From the NCBI GenBank assembly GCA_951406725.2, contig OX597819.1, positions 31,248,001 to 31,312,000 of the forward strand: a DNA stretch of 64,000 nt, in the 5' to 3' direction. The DNA is from Octopus vulgaris (Eukaryota). Below the pieces are notes generated by a model. That model was not told the origin of the DNA, searched no databases, and saw nothing but the letters and a program-made list of their open reading frames with translations. The stretch's first letter is position 1, and each line of letters begins with the position of its first letter. Shown here one piece after another: positions 51,589 through 64,000 of the stretch. The translations under genes and the position numbers were made by a program.

Positions 51589-52323
51589 TTAACCATTTAG
51601 CATTCAGATTATTCTGTCAAAACTAATGCTTATTCATTCATTTTGTTTTGAATGACTCAAGCAATATATCATAGCTTCAAGATTTTGATGATGTCACTGT
51701 TTATTCTTAGAATGCTACTATAAGGTAGGTGAGAGAGGCCAGATCTGGTCATTTTGATCATAAAACAAATAGAATATTGGAGCCAGATGTGGCCAATTTA
51801 ACCCTTTCATTACCGTATTTATTTTGAGATGCTCTGTGTTTCTTTCAATTACTTTAAATATAACAAAGAATTTAGTAAAATAACTTAGTTATGATTCAGT
51901 TAGTGTTGGGAACATAAATTGTGACTAAGGTTTGGTGGAAGATTTTAATTCAAAACTTATGAAAACAAGATATTTGTACTATAGAGCCAGAGGCGGTTTC
52001 AGCCGGGTTGGTAACGAAAGGGTTAAATGCTAAAGGGTTAAGCCTGTCTTCTTGTTGTTGTTATCAATCAACATTGTTGTCACTGATACCATTTTAACCC
52101 TTTAGTGTTCGCATTATTCTGCCAAAACTAATGCTTTTTTTGTTCTCATTGTTTTGAACTAATCATGCATTATCTTGTAGCTATGAGATTTTGATGAGGT
52201 AGCTGTTAATTTTTGAAACGGTATTGTAGGGTTGGTGTGAGAGACCAGATCTGGCCAGTTTTAACATAAAACAGGCAGAATACTTTTGGCCGGATATGGC
52301 CGGTTTAAATGCTAAAGGGTTAA
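51589..52323. mobile_element. piggyBac-like MITEs: family K (51589-52041) with nested J (51798-52026), plus a second K (52094-52323)
   Basis: TTAA TSDs and CCCTTTAG/CTAAAGGG termini. Confidence 0.8.
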
Positions 52324-52554
52324 AGTTCACTTTTCCATGCTTGCATGGAGCTGGTAGAATTCTTTGAGGTGAATTTTCTATAGCTAGATGCCCCTCTATC
52401 ACCAACCCTCATATTTTCCAAGCAAAGTAATATTCTCCCATGCCCAGACATGTTCTTTGCATAAGACTCGAACATTACTTAAATGACAAGGACTCTCGTT
52501 TAGAACCAGCTCATGATGCTAGGACGAGGGGAGAGAGAGAGAGAGAGAGAGAGA

Positions 52555-52600
<46 letters not shown>

Positions 52601-53207
52601 ACCACACACACATATGAGTTTCTTTCAGTTTCTGTTCACCAAATCCACTCACTAGACTTTGGTTAGGCCTGGGCTGTAGTGAAAGACATTTGCTCAAGGT
52701 GCCATGGTTGAGAGGCAGGCTTCTTAACCACAGCAATATGTTTGTGCCTAACTAACTGAAGGTTTTGCTTAGGTTTCCCAAGTTGTTGCACCTCAGTGCT
52801 TACTAGATTTGGCATTGCTTAACTACAGTAATTGGACAAGAACTGATGCTTTCAATGTGATATGGTCATAAAGTGTGTTTGTGTTTGTGCATGCATGGGC
52901 TTGCATGTGTGTGTGTGTGTGTGTGTGTGTTAATGTACATGTTTGTTGATATTTTGCTTGTCACCATGTGAGCAATGTGGTGTTGATATTTAACGCACAT
53001 TGTATCATTATGACCAGCTGCTCTGTGCTTAAAGACCTGTACAATATAAAAGAAAATCCCGGCTGTATGGTAAGTAGCTTGCTTACAAACCACATGGTTC
53101 CAAGTTCAGTCCCACTGTGTGGCACCTCGGGTAAGTGTCTTCTACTATAGCCTCGGGCCGACCAAAGTGTAAGTGGATTTTGGTAGACGGAAACTGAAAG
53201 AAGCTCA

Positions 53208-54625
<1,418 letters not shown>

Positions 54626-54713
54626 TATAATTCGAGACAAAACCACTATTTTAAAACCAAACAAGGAAAGACTTAATCAATACATAAAATTTTAATATAA
54701 ATTAAATAAACCG

Positions 54714-54756
54714 CCACTACAAATGTTTCATGTCTGCTCCGACAATCTTCAGGTGG
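54714..54756 (-). ncRNA. Minimal type I hammerhead ribozyme in a Penelope-like LTR remnant
   Basis: Minus strand reads CCAC-CTGAAGA-T-TGTC-ggagca-GACA-T-GAAA-C-attt-G-TA-GTGG: helix I CCAC/GTGG, core, helix II, short helix III, GUA site. Confidence 0.7.
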
Positions 54757-54981
54757 ATTTTCGATCTAAAAATAGCAATATTTTAAAATAATTTAAATTA
54801 ATAAAACAATAAAATTATCAATGAAAGAATGTAAAAAATAAAAATATTATCTATATATAATCTATATATAATCTATATATAATCAATATATAATATAATC
54901 TAAAATAAACCCTATAAACATATTTAAAAACCTAAAAACAATATAATTTTGGATTCATTCCCTAATATTTATTATTATATG

Positions 54982-55012
<31 letters not shown>

Positions 55013-55031
55013 GTATATATATATGTATATG

Positions 55032-55062
<31 letters not shown>

Positions 55063-55102
55063 GTATATGTATATATATATATATGTATATATATATGTAT
55101 AT

Positions 55103-55168
<66 letters not shown>

Positions 55169-55571
55169 GTGTATATATATATATATATGTGTATATATAT
55201 ATATATATATATGTTTGTGTGTCTGTGTTTGTACCCCCAACATTGCTTGACAACCGATGCTGGTGTGTTTATGTCCCTGTAACTTAGCGGTTCGGCAAAA
55301 CAGACCGATAGAATAAGTACTAGGCTTACAAAGAATAAGTCCTGGGGTCGATTTGCTCGACTGAAAGGCGGTACTCCAGCATGGCCACAGTGAAATGACT
55401 GAAACAAGTAAAAGAGTAAAAGAGTTACCTGGATAACTGATGAGGGTTGGTGAAAGGAAGAGCATCTAACTGGAAAAATCTTGCCTTAAATAACTCTCTG
55501 TCTAATCCATGCTAGCATGGAAAAATAGATGTTCAATGAACTAATGAACAAACCTGCTGCCTGTAACAGTA

Positions 55572-56140
55572 AAGTTATCTCGTAGCTTCAAGATTGCAAT
55601 GATGTGATTGTTTTATTCTTAGAATGACATTGTAGGGTAGGTGTAAAAGGTTGAATCTGGTCAGTTTAACCCTTTAGTATTTAACCCTTTAGTGTTCAGA
55701 ATACTCTGTTAAATGTAATACTTTTTCACTCAAATTGTTTTGAATTAATCATGCATTATCTTATAGCTTTGAGGTTTCAATGATGTGATTGTTTATTTTC
55801 AGAATGGCATTGTAGGTTAGGAGTGAGATGCTAGATATCGCCAGTTTGAATATAAAACATATAGAATATATTGGGCCGGATTTGGCCGGTTTAAACAGTA
55901 AAGGGTTAAACCGGCCACGTCTGGCCAAAATAGCTAATCTGTTTTATGTTTAAACTGACCAGATCCAGGCTCTCACACCTACCCCACAATGTTATTCTAC
56001 ATTAAGTAATTACACCATCAAGATCTTGAAGATATGAGATAATGCATGATTAATTCAAATCAATGGGAATCAATAAGCATTATGTTTGATGGAATAATCT
56101 GAACACTAAAGGGTTAAACATAAAACAAGGAGAATATTTC
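55572..56140. mobile_element. Triple-nested piggyBac-like MITEs (family K)
   Basis: Forward copy ~55685-55904 inside a reverse copy ~55670-56114 inside a partial forward copy, each at TTAA. Confidence 0.75.
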
Positions 56141-56441
56141 GAATGACTGGAGAAACTGTGCTGGGAGACATTCTTCATGAAAAACATAATAATGTACGAG
56201 AAGGGGTCCCTGAGTAATTCCACCCACCCAGTCTTCAAAATAGATATTGTTTGTATAGTAGCCAATAGCAACTGTAGATTTGAAAAGATTAATTTAAGAA
56301 CAACAATACCAGTCTACTACTGCTGCTGTTGATGTTACCATTTGCCAAATACCACTTATAACTCTGCCATCACCTTATCCCTCCCCAATTCCCTAGTTGC
56401 CATTTTATATATTTGTTCTGGTGTCAAGTACGCACACACTA

Positions 56442-56473
<32 letters not shown>

Positions 56474-56946
56474 TTCCCTTGCTCTACTTTAGTAATCTAT
56501 TTAGCTTTTATATTATTATATTATAGGCTAGCAGTGATTGTTTATATAAATATGTATACATTTAAGATCACATGTACTCTACCGACAGCTTTTACCGAAT
56601 ATTTTTTCTAGTACGTGTGACCTTAACTTTACACATGCACAAACATTTTGTTGTTGCATAGGAATTTTGCTGCGCATAAGATATTTTGTTCCGTAAAAAC
56701 ATCAAGTCAGCTGTGGAAAAATGTGGAAGGAAAGATAATGCGAAAAAACAAACACATGTATAGGAAAATTCAAAAATAGGTTAATGAAGTTGTTTGTCTT
56801 CAATTGAAATAAAAAATAGTTTCATACATCAACAGTTGTAAAAATTTGGTTGTGAATGTTTATTTTTCAGTTTGAAATGCGTTTGTTTTTCTAAATTATA
56901 TGTTGTGCATTATAGTTTATATTTAACATTAATATCTTTACAATCT

Positions 56947-57350
56947 AGGCGTAGGAGTGGCTGTGTGGTAATTAGCTTGCTTACCAGCCACATGGTTCCA
57001 GGTTCAGTCCCACTACGTGGCACCTTGGGCAAGTGTTTTCTATTATAGCCTCGGGCCGACCAAAGCCTTGTGAGTGGATTTGGTAGACGGAAACTGAAAA
57101 GAAGCCCGTCGTATATATGTATATATGTGTGTGTATATGTATGCGTGTCTATGTTTGTCCTCCTAGCATTGCTTGACAACCGATGCTGGTGTATTTACGT
57201 CCCCGTAACTTAGCGGTTTGGTGAAAGAGACCGATAGAATAAGTACTAGGCTTACAAAGAATAAATCCTGGGGTCGATTTGCTCGACTGAAAGGCGGTGC
57301 TCCAGCATGGTCACAGTCAAATGACTGAAACAAGTAAAAGAGTAAAAGAG
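56947..57350 (+). mobile_element. SINE family A, full length
   Basis: Full family match. Confidence 0.85.
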
Positions 57351-57656
57351 AATCTCCACTCTTCAAATTGCTTTGTATGTTTGTGTGTGAGTGTGTGGGT
57401 ATTTATGTGTGTGCGCATGTGCGTGTGTGTGTAAAATATCAGTATCATTATTTTAATCATTGTTTCAATCATTGGATTGCAGCCATGCTGGGGCACTGCC
57501 TTCAAGGAGTGTAGTCAAATAGATCAACCATAGTAATTGTTTTTTTTTAAAGTCTGGAACTTATTCTATCAATCTCTTCTGCTGAACTGCTAAGTTTCAG
57601 ACATGTCAACAAACCAGTACCAGTTGTTGTGTGGTGGAGGACAACACAAGTACAAG

Positions 57657-57706
<50 letters not shown>

Positions 57707-58009
57707 CAGGATACATACCAACCAGTCTGGAGCAAAGTATGGCTCAACTTGGCATCTTAGGGAGAGAGTGCAAATCCTTAATTCATGCCCTACAAATGAT
57801 CACGATATCAAGGACTACAAATATTTGCAAGACCTTAAGAGTTAAAGGACGATGGTTAAAATAAAATGCTTTCCTTCACAACCTTGCTACTAAGTAGGTG
57901 GTCAGTCAAAATTTTCTCCACAATTAAAAAGAGAACACACATACATATACACATACATACATACATACATACATACATAATTACATACATACATACACAA
58001 ATACATACA

Positions 58010-58412
58010 TACATGGTGGCCGCCCCCTCGTTATCGAGTATGGCCATTGCACGAGGCTTAATCAATGTTGTTATTGTGCAATGCCTGTGCAAGAAGATTT
58101 TTTTTTTCAAGTGAGGAAAGGCTGTGCACTAAGTCAATCCCGATCACTAAGCAACAGCAGCCATAATCCGAAAAGAAGAACAAGTCAACATCATCGGTAA
58201 CCACTGAGCCGCAGGTTTTATGTCGGAGTTATCCCAGTTACCTGAGTTACCTTCTTCTAGAAGGATGCCCTAACGAAGGCTAGGAGTCCTTCACTCCCAA
58301 TGGTTTAACTGCACGATCGGGTATTCAGTCTGATTATTTCTATGTCTCCGCACATGATACAGCCTTAAGACATTTATTGGATGGTCGTTGACTCTCAAGA
58401 GTTCCTCCGCCC
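58010..58412 (-). mobile_element. Non-autonomous retroelement, probably RTE-related, with (ATGT)n tail
   Basis: CpG-rich segment with an RTE-5'UTR-like CTAGCCTTCGTTAGGGCA..CTAGAAGAAGG motif, ending in a tetranucleotide tail. Confidence 0.4.
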
Positions 58413-58679
58413 TTTGACGGATTTTGTTTTTCATTCCACATACACACATTCCACATACAAAGCAACACACACACACACACTCACACACATGTATGTATGT
58501 ACATACAGCAAGCTTCCACTGCATAGTTTATCTACTAAGTTCACTCAAAGCATTGGTTGGTCTGAGGCTATAGTTGAAAACACTTGCCCAATGTGCTGTT
58601 CACTGGGATTGAACCTGAAACCATGTGGTTGCAAAATGATCTTCTTAATCACACAACTATATCTGCACCTATGATTAGC

Positions 58680-58820
58680 AGAAAAAAAAAGAAGATAAAA
58701 AAAAAGAATAAAGTAAAAAAAAAAAAAAAAAAAGATAAAATAAAAAGAAGATAAAAAAAGAAGATTAAAAAAGAAGATTAAAAAAAGAAGATAAAAAAAG
58801 ATAAAAAAGAAGATAAAATA
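58680..58820. repeat. A-rich (AAGATAAAAA)-like minisatellite
   Basis: Seen directly. Confidence 0.8.
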
Positions 58821-59329
58821 CCTTCACCAAAAAGACTATTTAATTAATAGTAGGAGATGACAACATTGCAGATTCCAAGAGACAGCAGTAATCAGTGCCG
58901 CAGTGGATCTACACAGACTTATCTTAATACTCAAAATTAAGTAGCAGCAGAAATTACAAAGATATTTGTCTTCTTAGTAATAAAAGGATTTTCCTACATA
59001 GACAGTGAGGGGGAGGGGGTAGCTGCTTAGATTGACTTTAGTGCACGGCTGTTACTTATTTTATTGACCCTGGCAAGGATGGAAGGTAAATTCAACTTTG
59101 GTGTGATTTGAACTCTGAGTAAAGGTATGCAGCTAAATACATCAGGGTATTTTGTCCACCTCTTTACCAATACTGCCATCCTATCACCCCTATTTGTTCA
59201 ACATCATTTAATGTCTATTTTCCATGCTAGCATGGGTTGGACTAAATGCATATACCCATGTAAAGAACTATTTGTGTGGTAGGTTTTCTACACCTTGATG
59301 CCCTTCTTGATTGCCTCTTCTTCCCCACA

Positions 59330-59590
59330 GGATTTCAAGCATTGTGCCTAGAGTAGAAAAGATTATTATTACTAAGGCAGTGTGCTGGTAGTATCGTTAG
59401 CATGCTGGGCAGAATGCTTGGCAGCATTTTGTCTGTCTTTATGTTCTGAGTTCAAATTCTGCCACTGAGGTTGACTTTGCCTTTCATCGTTTTAGGATTG
59501 ATAAAATGAGTAGCAGTTGAACACTGGGGTCGATGTAATTGACTAACCCCTTGCCCTCAAATTTCAGACCTTGTGCCTTTAGTAGAAAGG

Positions 59591-59621
<31 letters not shown>

Positions 59622-60190
59622 TTATTATTATAAAGGTGGTGAGCTGGCAGAATTGTTAGCACACTGGGCAAAATGCTTTGTGGTATTTTGTCCGGTTTTT
59701 ACATTCTGAGTTCAAATTCCACCGAGGTCGACTTTGCTTTTGTTCTTTTGGGGTTGTAAAATAAGTACCAGTTGAGTACTGAGGTTGATGTAATTGACTG
59801 TACCCCTCCCCACAAATTCCAGGCCTTGTGCCTATTGTAGAAAGGGTTATTATAATTATTATTATTTGTCCATCTTTTCTTTCTGAGTTCAAATTTCGAT
59901 GAGGTCAACTTTGCCTGTCATCCTTTCTGGGTCAATGAAAAAAAGTACCTGTTGAGCACTGAGGTTGATGTAATTGATTATTCCCCTCCCCCCAAATTAC
60001 TGGCCTTGTGCCAAAATTTGAAACCATTACTATTATTGTTACACTCTGAGTTCAAATTCTGTCATGGTTGTCTTTGCCCTTCATTCTTTTAGGGTCCATA
60101 TAAAAATTACAGTTGAGTACTTGGGGTTCATGTAATCGACTAACCCACTCTTTCTAAAACTGCTAGCCTTCTGCCAACATTTAAAACCAT
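59330..60190 (+). mobile_element. Head-to-tail array of about five SINE family B units
   Basis: Repeated CTGAGTTCAAATT..GACTTTGCC..GGTCGATGTAAT..CCTTGTGCC units joined by (TTA)n. Confidence 0.75.
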
Positions 60191-60348
60191 TGCTTTTATT
60201 ACTATACCAATATATTGTTACTATGTATTTACCATGCAAATTTAACCTTACTCTACTATTAGGTCATTACTGTACTGATATATCCTTTCTATACCAAATA
60301 GCATTACCAGTATTTCCTTATTGTACAAATTTATCCTTACTCTACTAA

Positions 60349-60567
60349 TACAAGGGAGTACTGAAAAGTTCCTGGTTTGGGTGAAAGAAAATACAGGAGG
60401 ATCAGTTGATTATGATTTCATCCAACACATTCCCCTCTCAGATTCACACACTCATTGCAGCAGTCCTTCAGTTTTTCTAAGCCCTGTAAAAGAACTTGGA
60501 AGGTTGGGCCTCCACCCAGGCCTTTCGTGATACCCTTAAAGCCAGGAACTTTTCAGCAGCCCCTCAT
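60349..60567. mobile_element. Mariner-derived MITE
   Basis: Imperfect TIRs TACAAGGGAGTACTGAAAAGTTCCTGG / CCAGGAACTTTTCAGCAGCCCCTCATG. Confidence 0.55.
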
Positions 60568-60624
60568 GTGTCATTACTGTACAACTGTATCCTTACTGTA
60601 TCAATTTATCCTTTCTGTATTATC

Positions 60625-60881
60625 CACCGTGCCGGTGGCACGTAAAATACACCAATCCGACCGTGGCCGTTGCCAGCCTCGCCTGGCACCTGTGCAGGTG
60701 GCACGTAAAAAGCACCCACTACACTCACGGAGTGGTTGGCGTTAGGAAGGGCATCCAGCTGTAGAAACATTGCCAGATAAGACTGGAGCCTGGTGCAGCC
60801 TTCTGGCTTCCTAGATCCCCGGTTGAACCGTCCAACCCATGCTAGCATGGAGAACAGACGTTAAACGATGATGATGATGAT
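60625..60881 (+). mobile_element. RTE-type 3' UTR copy
   Basis: Reverse-complement match to 8131-8400; (GAT)n tail. Confidence 0.75.
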
Positions 60882-61469
60882 GTATCTATGTCATTACTAT
60901 ACCAATATATCCTTACTACACTAATATATTCTTACTGTAGCAATATATATTCTTATACTAAATATCTTTTCATATCAATATCATAACTCTATCACACACA
61001 CACACACCATTACTGTACCAGTATATACTAAATTTATCATTGTCATAGCAAGTTGTACTCTACTATATATATAACAATGGCTCAATGGCTCATATACAAC
61101 TCTTTTTGCTGTGACTTTCTGCTAATGAGATGGCTTTCTCTTTGCTAAAGGTGACCTTCACATTTACACCGACCTTGCTCTTAGATTTGACCCACAACTT
61201 GCTAACTAACCTAGTTGTGAAGATAAACTTATTTCAGCTGCTATGCTCCCTCACTAAGGAATTCAACTGTCGCAGCATGGCGTTCCAGTTACATCTTCTG
61301 CATACAGTCCTTTGTTTTACGTGGAAATATCATATATCACAAACATGTACACATATACACATAATATCATATATCATACACATATACACATACTTCAGCA
61401 CAAACTCACACACTTGTACTTATACACACTCAAACAGGCTGAACTGAATGCCGTTGAGTTCCCTGTTCA

Positions 61470-61675
61470 TACCTACACATATATACACACATTCACACAC
61501 ACACACACACAACACACAAATATACATACGTACATACATACATACATACATACATACATTCACATACACACACACACACAACACAACACACAAATATACA
61601 TACATCATACATACATACATACATACATACATACATACATACATACATACATACATACATACATACATACATACA

Positions 61676-61706
<31 letters not shown>

Positions 61707-61742
61707 GTGTGTGTGTGTGTGTGTGTATATACATACATATAT
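61470..61742. repeat. (TACA)n/(CA)n/(TG)n microsatellite
   Basis: Seen directly. Confidence 0.9.
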
Positions 61743-61820
61743 AGTGTTGACTGTTGGAAGAAAGAGTACTTGGTATCATAGTAGAGATGAATAATATTTT
61801 TATTTTGGTCGAATCAGTCT

Positions 61821-61868
61821 CTTGCTACTCTGAGTTACACCTATGAGTGCACAGGATCTTCAGGCAAG
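61821..61868 (-). ncRNA. Minimal type I hammerhead motif with one core mutation (GAAA>GTAA)
   Basis: Minus strand CTTGC-CTGAAGA-T-CCTGTG-cact-CATAGG-T-GTAA-CT-cag-AG-TA-GCAAG; all three helices pair. Confidence 0.6.
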
Positions 61869-61959
61869 CTACGACATGTTTACGTGTGTGTGTGTGTGTG
61901 TGTGTGTGTACAAGAGTGCAAAAGTAGGTATAATAAAGATTATAACAATATATGTATTA

Positions 61960-62230
61960 ACAAAGATTCACCTGGCAGGTGGTTTGGTTAATGATGGCTC
62001 GTTGAATTGCCATCATAATTACCAGACAACACCTTAATGAACTTCTTTTGAGGGCGTTATCAAACATAGAAAGAATAGTTTCAAGGAAAGTACACACTTT
62101 TGATGACATGATTGAATTCCTAAGAGAAGCATGCCAAAAGATTAATGATAATGAAGGGCACTGTATCAGAGTTTACTTGAGTATAGAAACTTGACTATAG
62201 GAATGTGTAAATATTTAGATAGATCAGTTG
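61960..62230 (+). mobile_element. Very degraded Tc1/mariner-type transposase 3' fragment
   Basis: Faint resemblance to the WP..SPD.TP.DFF.WG motif region, with stops and frameshifts. Confidence 0.3.
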
Positions 62231-62448
62231 AACACTGAAGAGATTGTACTTAATTGCAATTTGAGAATCTGAGCACTTGTATTTTCTTTGTTTAATTGTT
62301 ATAAGTATGTCATCTTTATTGTAATTTATTTGTATGTCATCCTTCATATTAATGAAGCTATTGTAATAATCATACTTTTCTAGTTATCTGCATGGCTTGT
62401 ATTAGTTACATAGTTTATACCTAATTTTATACAGCCTAAGTGTGTATA

Positions 62449-62803
62449 TCTCTCTATATATAAACGGCAGTTTGTATGTCTGTGTGTCTGTCAGGTTGTA
62501 CCCTCACCCTGACCACGGCTTTCAACCGATTCTGATGAAACTTGACACACACATAGCCCAATGTCATAATTCAAAACTAACGCAGTGAAAGTTTTGAAAA
62601 GTTCCCCCAGTTCTGAAAAAAATTGATAAATTCGACATGGGGTCGAGAATCGATAGCTGTTTGATAGTTATTTGGGAGTGAAGAGAAGACATTGCAACCT
62701 ACACATGTGCCTTCGTTCCCTAGAGGAAAAAGACTAGATTGGGATTAATCGTTGCCTACTAGGGGCTCTTACATACCCGGGCAACGCCGGGCTATGCTGC
62801 TAG
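62449..62803 (+). mobile_element. Non-autonomous Helitron family I
   Basis: A|TC start; CCCGGGCAACGCCGGG hairpin; CTAG|T end. Confidence 0.85.
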
Positions 62804-62988
62804 TGTATATATACACATGTGTATATATGTGTGCATACTTACACATATGCACTCACAATACATACACACATATACATATTTAATCATTTTAATGTTCGCT
62901 TTTCCTTGTTTGTATGGGTTGGCTGGAGTTAATTGAGGTGGATTTCCTATGGCTTATCTGTCACCCATCCTCATCTGTTTCCAAATAA

Positions 62989-63403
62989 CTCTTTTTACTC
63001 TTTACTCTTTTACTTGTTTCAGTCATTTGACTGCGGCCGATCTGGAGCATTGCCTTTAGTCAAGCAAATCGACCCCGGGACTTATTCTTTGTAAGCCCAG
63101 TACTTATTCTATCGGTCTCTTTTGCCGAACCGCTAAGTGACGGGGACGTAAACACACCAGCATCGTTTGTCAAGCAATGCTAGGGGTTCAAACACAGACA
63201 CACAAACATATACACACACATACATATACATATATACGGCAGGCTTCTTTCAGTTTCCGTCTACCAAATCCACTCACAAAGCATTGGTCGGCCCGACGCT
63301 ATAGCAGAAGACACTTGCCCAAGATGCCACGCAGTGGGACTGAACCCTGGAACCATGTGGTTGGTAAGCAAGCTACTTACCACACAGCCACTCCTGCGCC
63401 TAT
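62989..63403 (-). mobile_element. SINE family A, full length
   Basis: Full family match with (CTCTTTTA)n tail on +. Confidence 0.85.
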
Positions 63404-64000
63404 AAGCTAATATATCTTTATGGACAGACATGTTTTCTCACAATACTGGAAATGTATGACACTGCTTATATGACAGTGAAACTCATTTACAACTATCATG
63501 TGTATGTATGTGTATCTTTGTGTTGACATCGTTTCTAGACAAAGAGACACACTTACATTCCCACATACACACATACATAGATTTTTAGACACAAACACAC
63601 ACGCACAGCACATACATCGACACTCAGACACACACACACACATATCCACTCAGTGCCATATCCATTCTGTGGCTATATTAGAAGACACCTACCCAAGGTG
63701 CCACACACAGAGACTAAACCCAAAACCATGCATTTTGAAAGCAAACTTCTTAACCCCACAACCATGTTTGCCCCTACATGCGTGCACACACACACAGAAG
63801 TAAGAGGGCAAAAAATCCCCAAAAACAAAAGGCACTTAACACATTTATTAGGAGTTAAATGTATTATTTTTTAAAACAGTTGTATGTATGCACCTCTATA
63901 CATACATAGAAAACGTAATTTTAATCTCCAACTTAACATGGAGGTTGTGTTAGAACACAGAACACTGCATTATTTATCTTGAGAAGATCTCTCGGATCTT

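Noticed and set aside
59330-60190. Regularly repeated units resembling a CRISPR array
   Set aside because: Eukaryotic SINE tandem units of ~150-230 bp with no unique spacers and no cas genes

Overview
AT-rich eukaryotic (metazoan) DNA dominated by repeats. The SINE families, giant (TA)/(CA) microsatellites and very long introns point to a coleoid cephalopod (Octopus-like); this is an inference. One host coding exon is securely recognisable: the first coding exon of phosphorylase kinase gamma (PHKG) on + (exon 42911-43098, ATG 43004). It carries a 16-codon uORF. Its probable CpG-rich promoter and non-coding first exon lie about 23 kb upstream (~18.8-20.2 kb), and its next coding exon is not visible in the window. 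The rest is transposon-derived: tRNA-SINEs, RTE and CR1-clade LINE relics, a Penelope relic, mariner fragments, Merlin-like and piggyBac-like MITEs, non-autonomous Helitrons and a probable solo LTR. Nearly all ORF-track entries are microsatellite or repeat artefacts. The most striking unannotated signal is a set of about nine type-I hammerhead-ribozyme motifs of the minimal Penelope-LTR type, from several unrelated sequence families. One has an intact core, one ends exactly at its predicted cleavage site, and two sites hold head-to-head palindromic pairs. Also notable are a composite Helitron that appears to have carried a mariner fragment, a 7-unit heat-shock element in an antisense LTR promoter, and many intronic fold-back structures.
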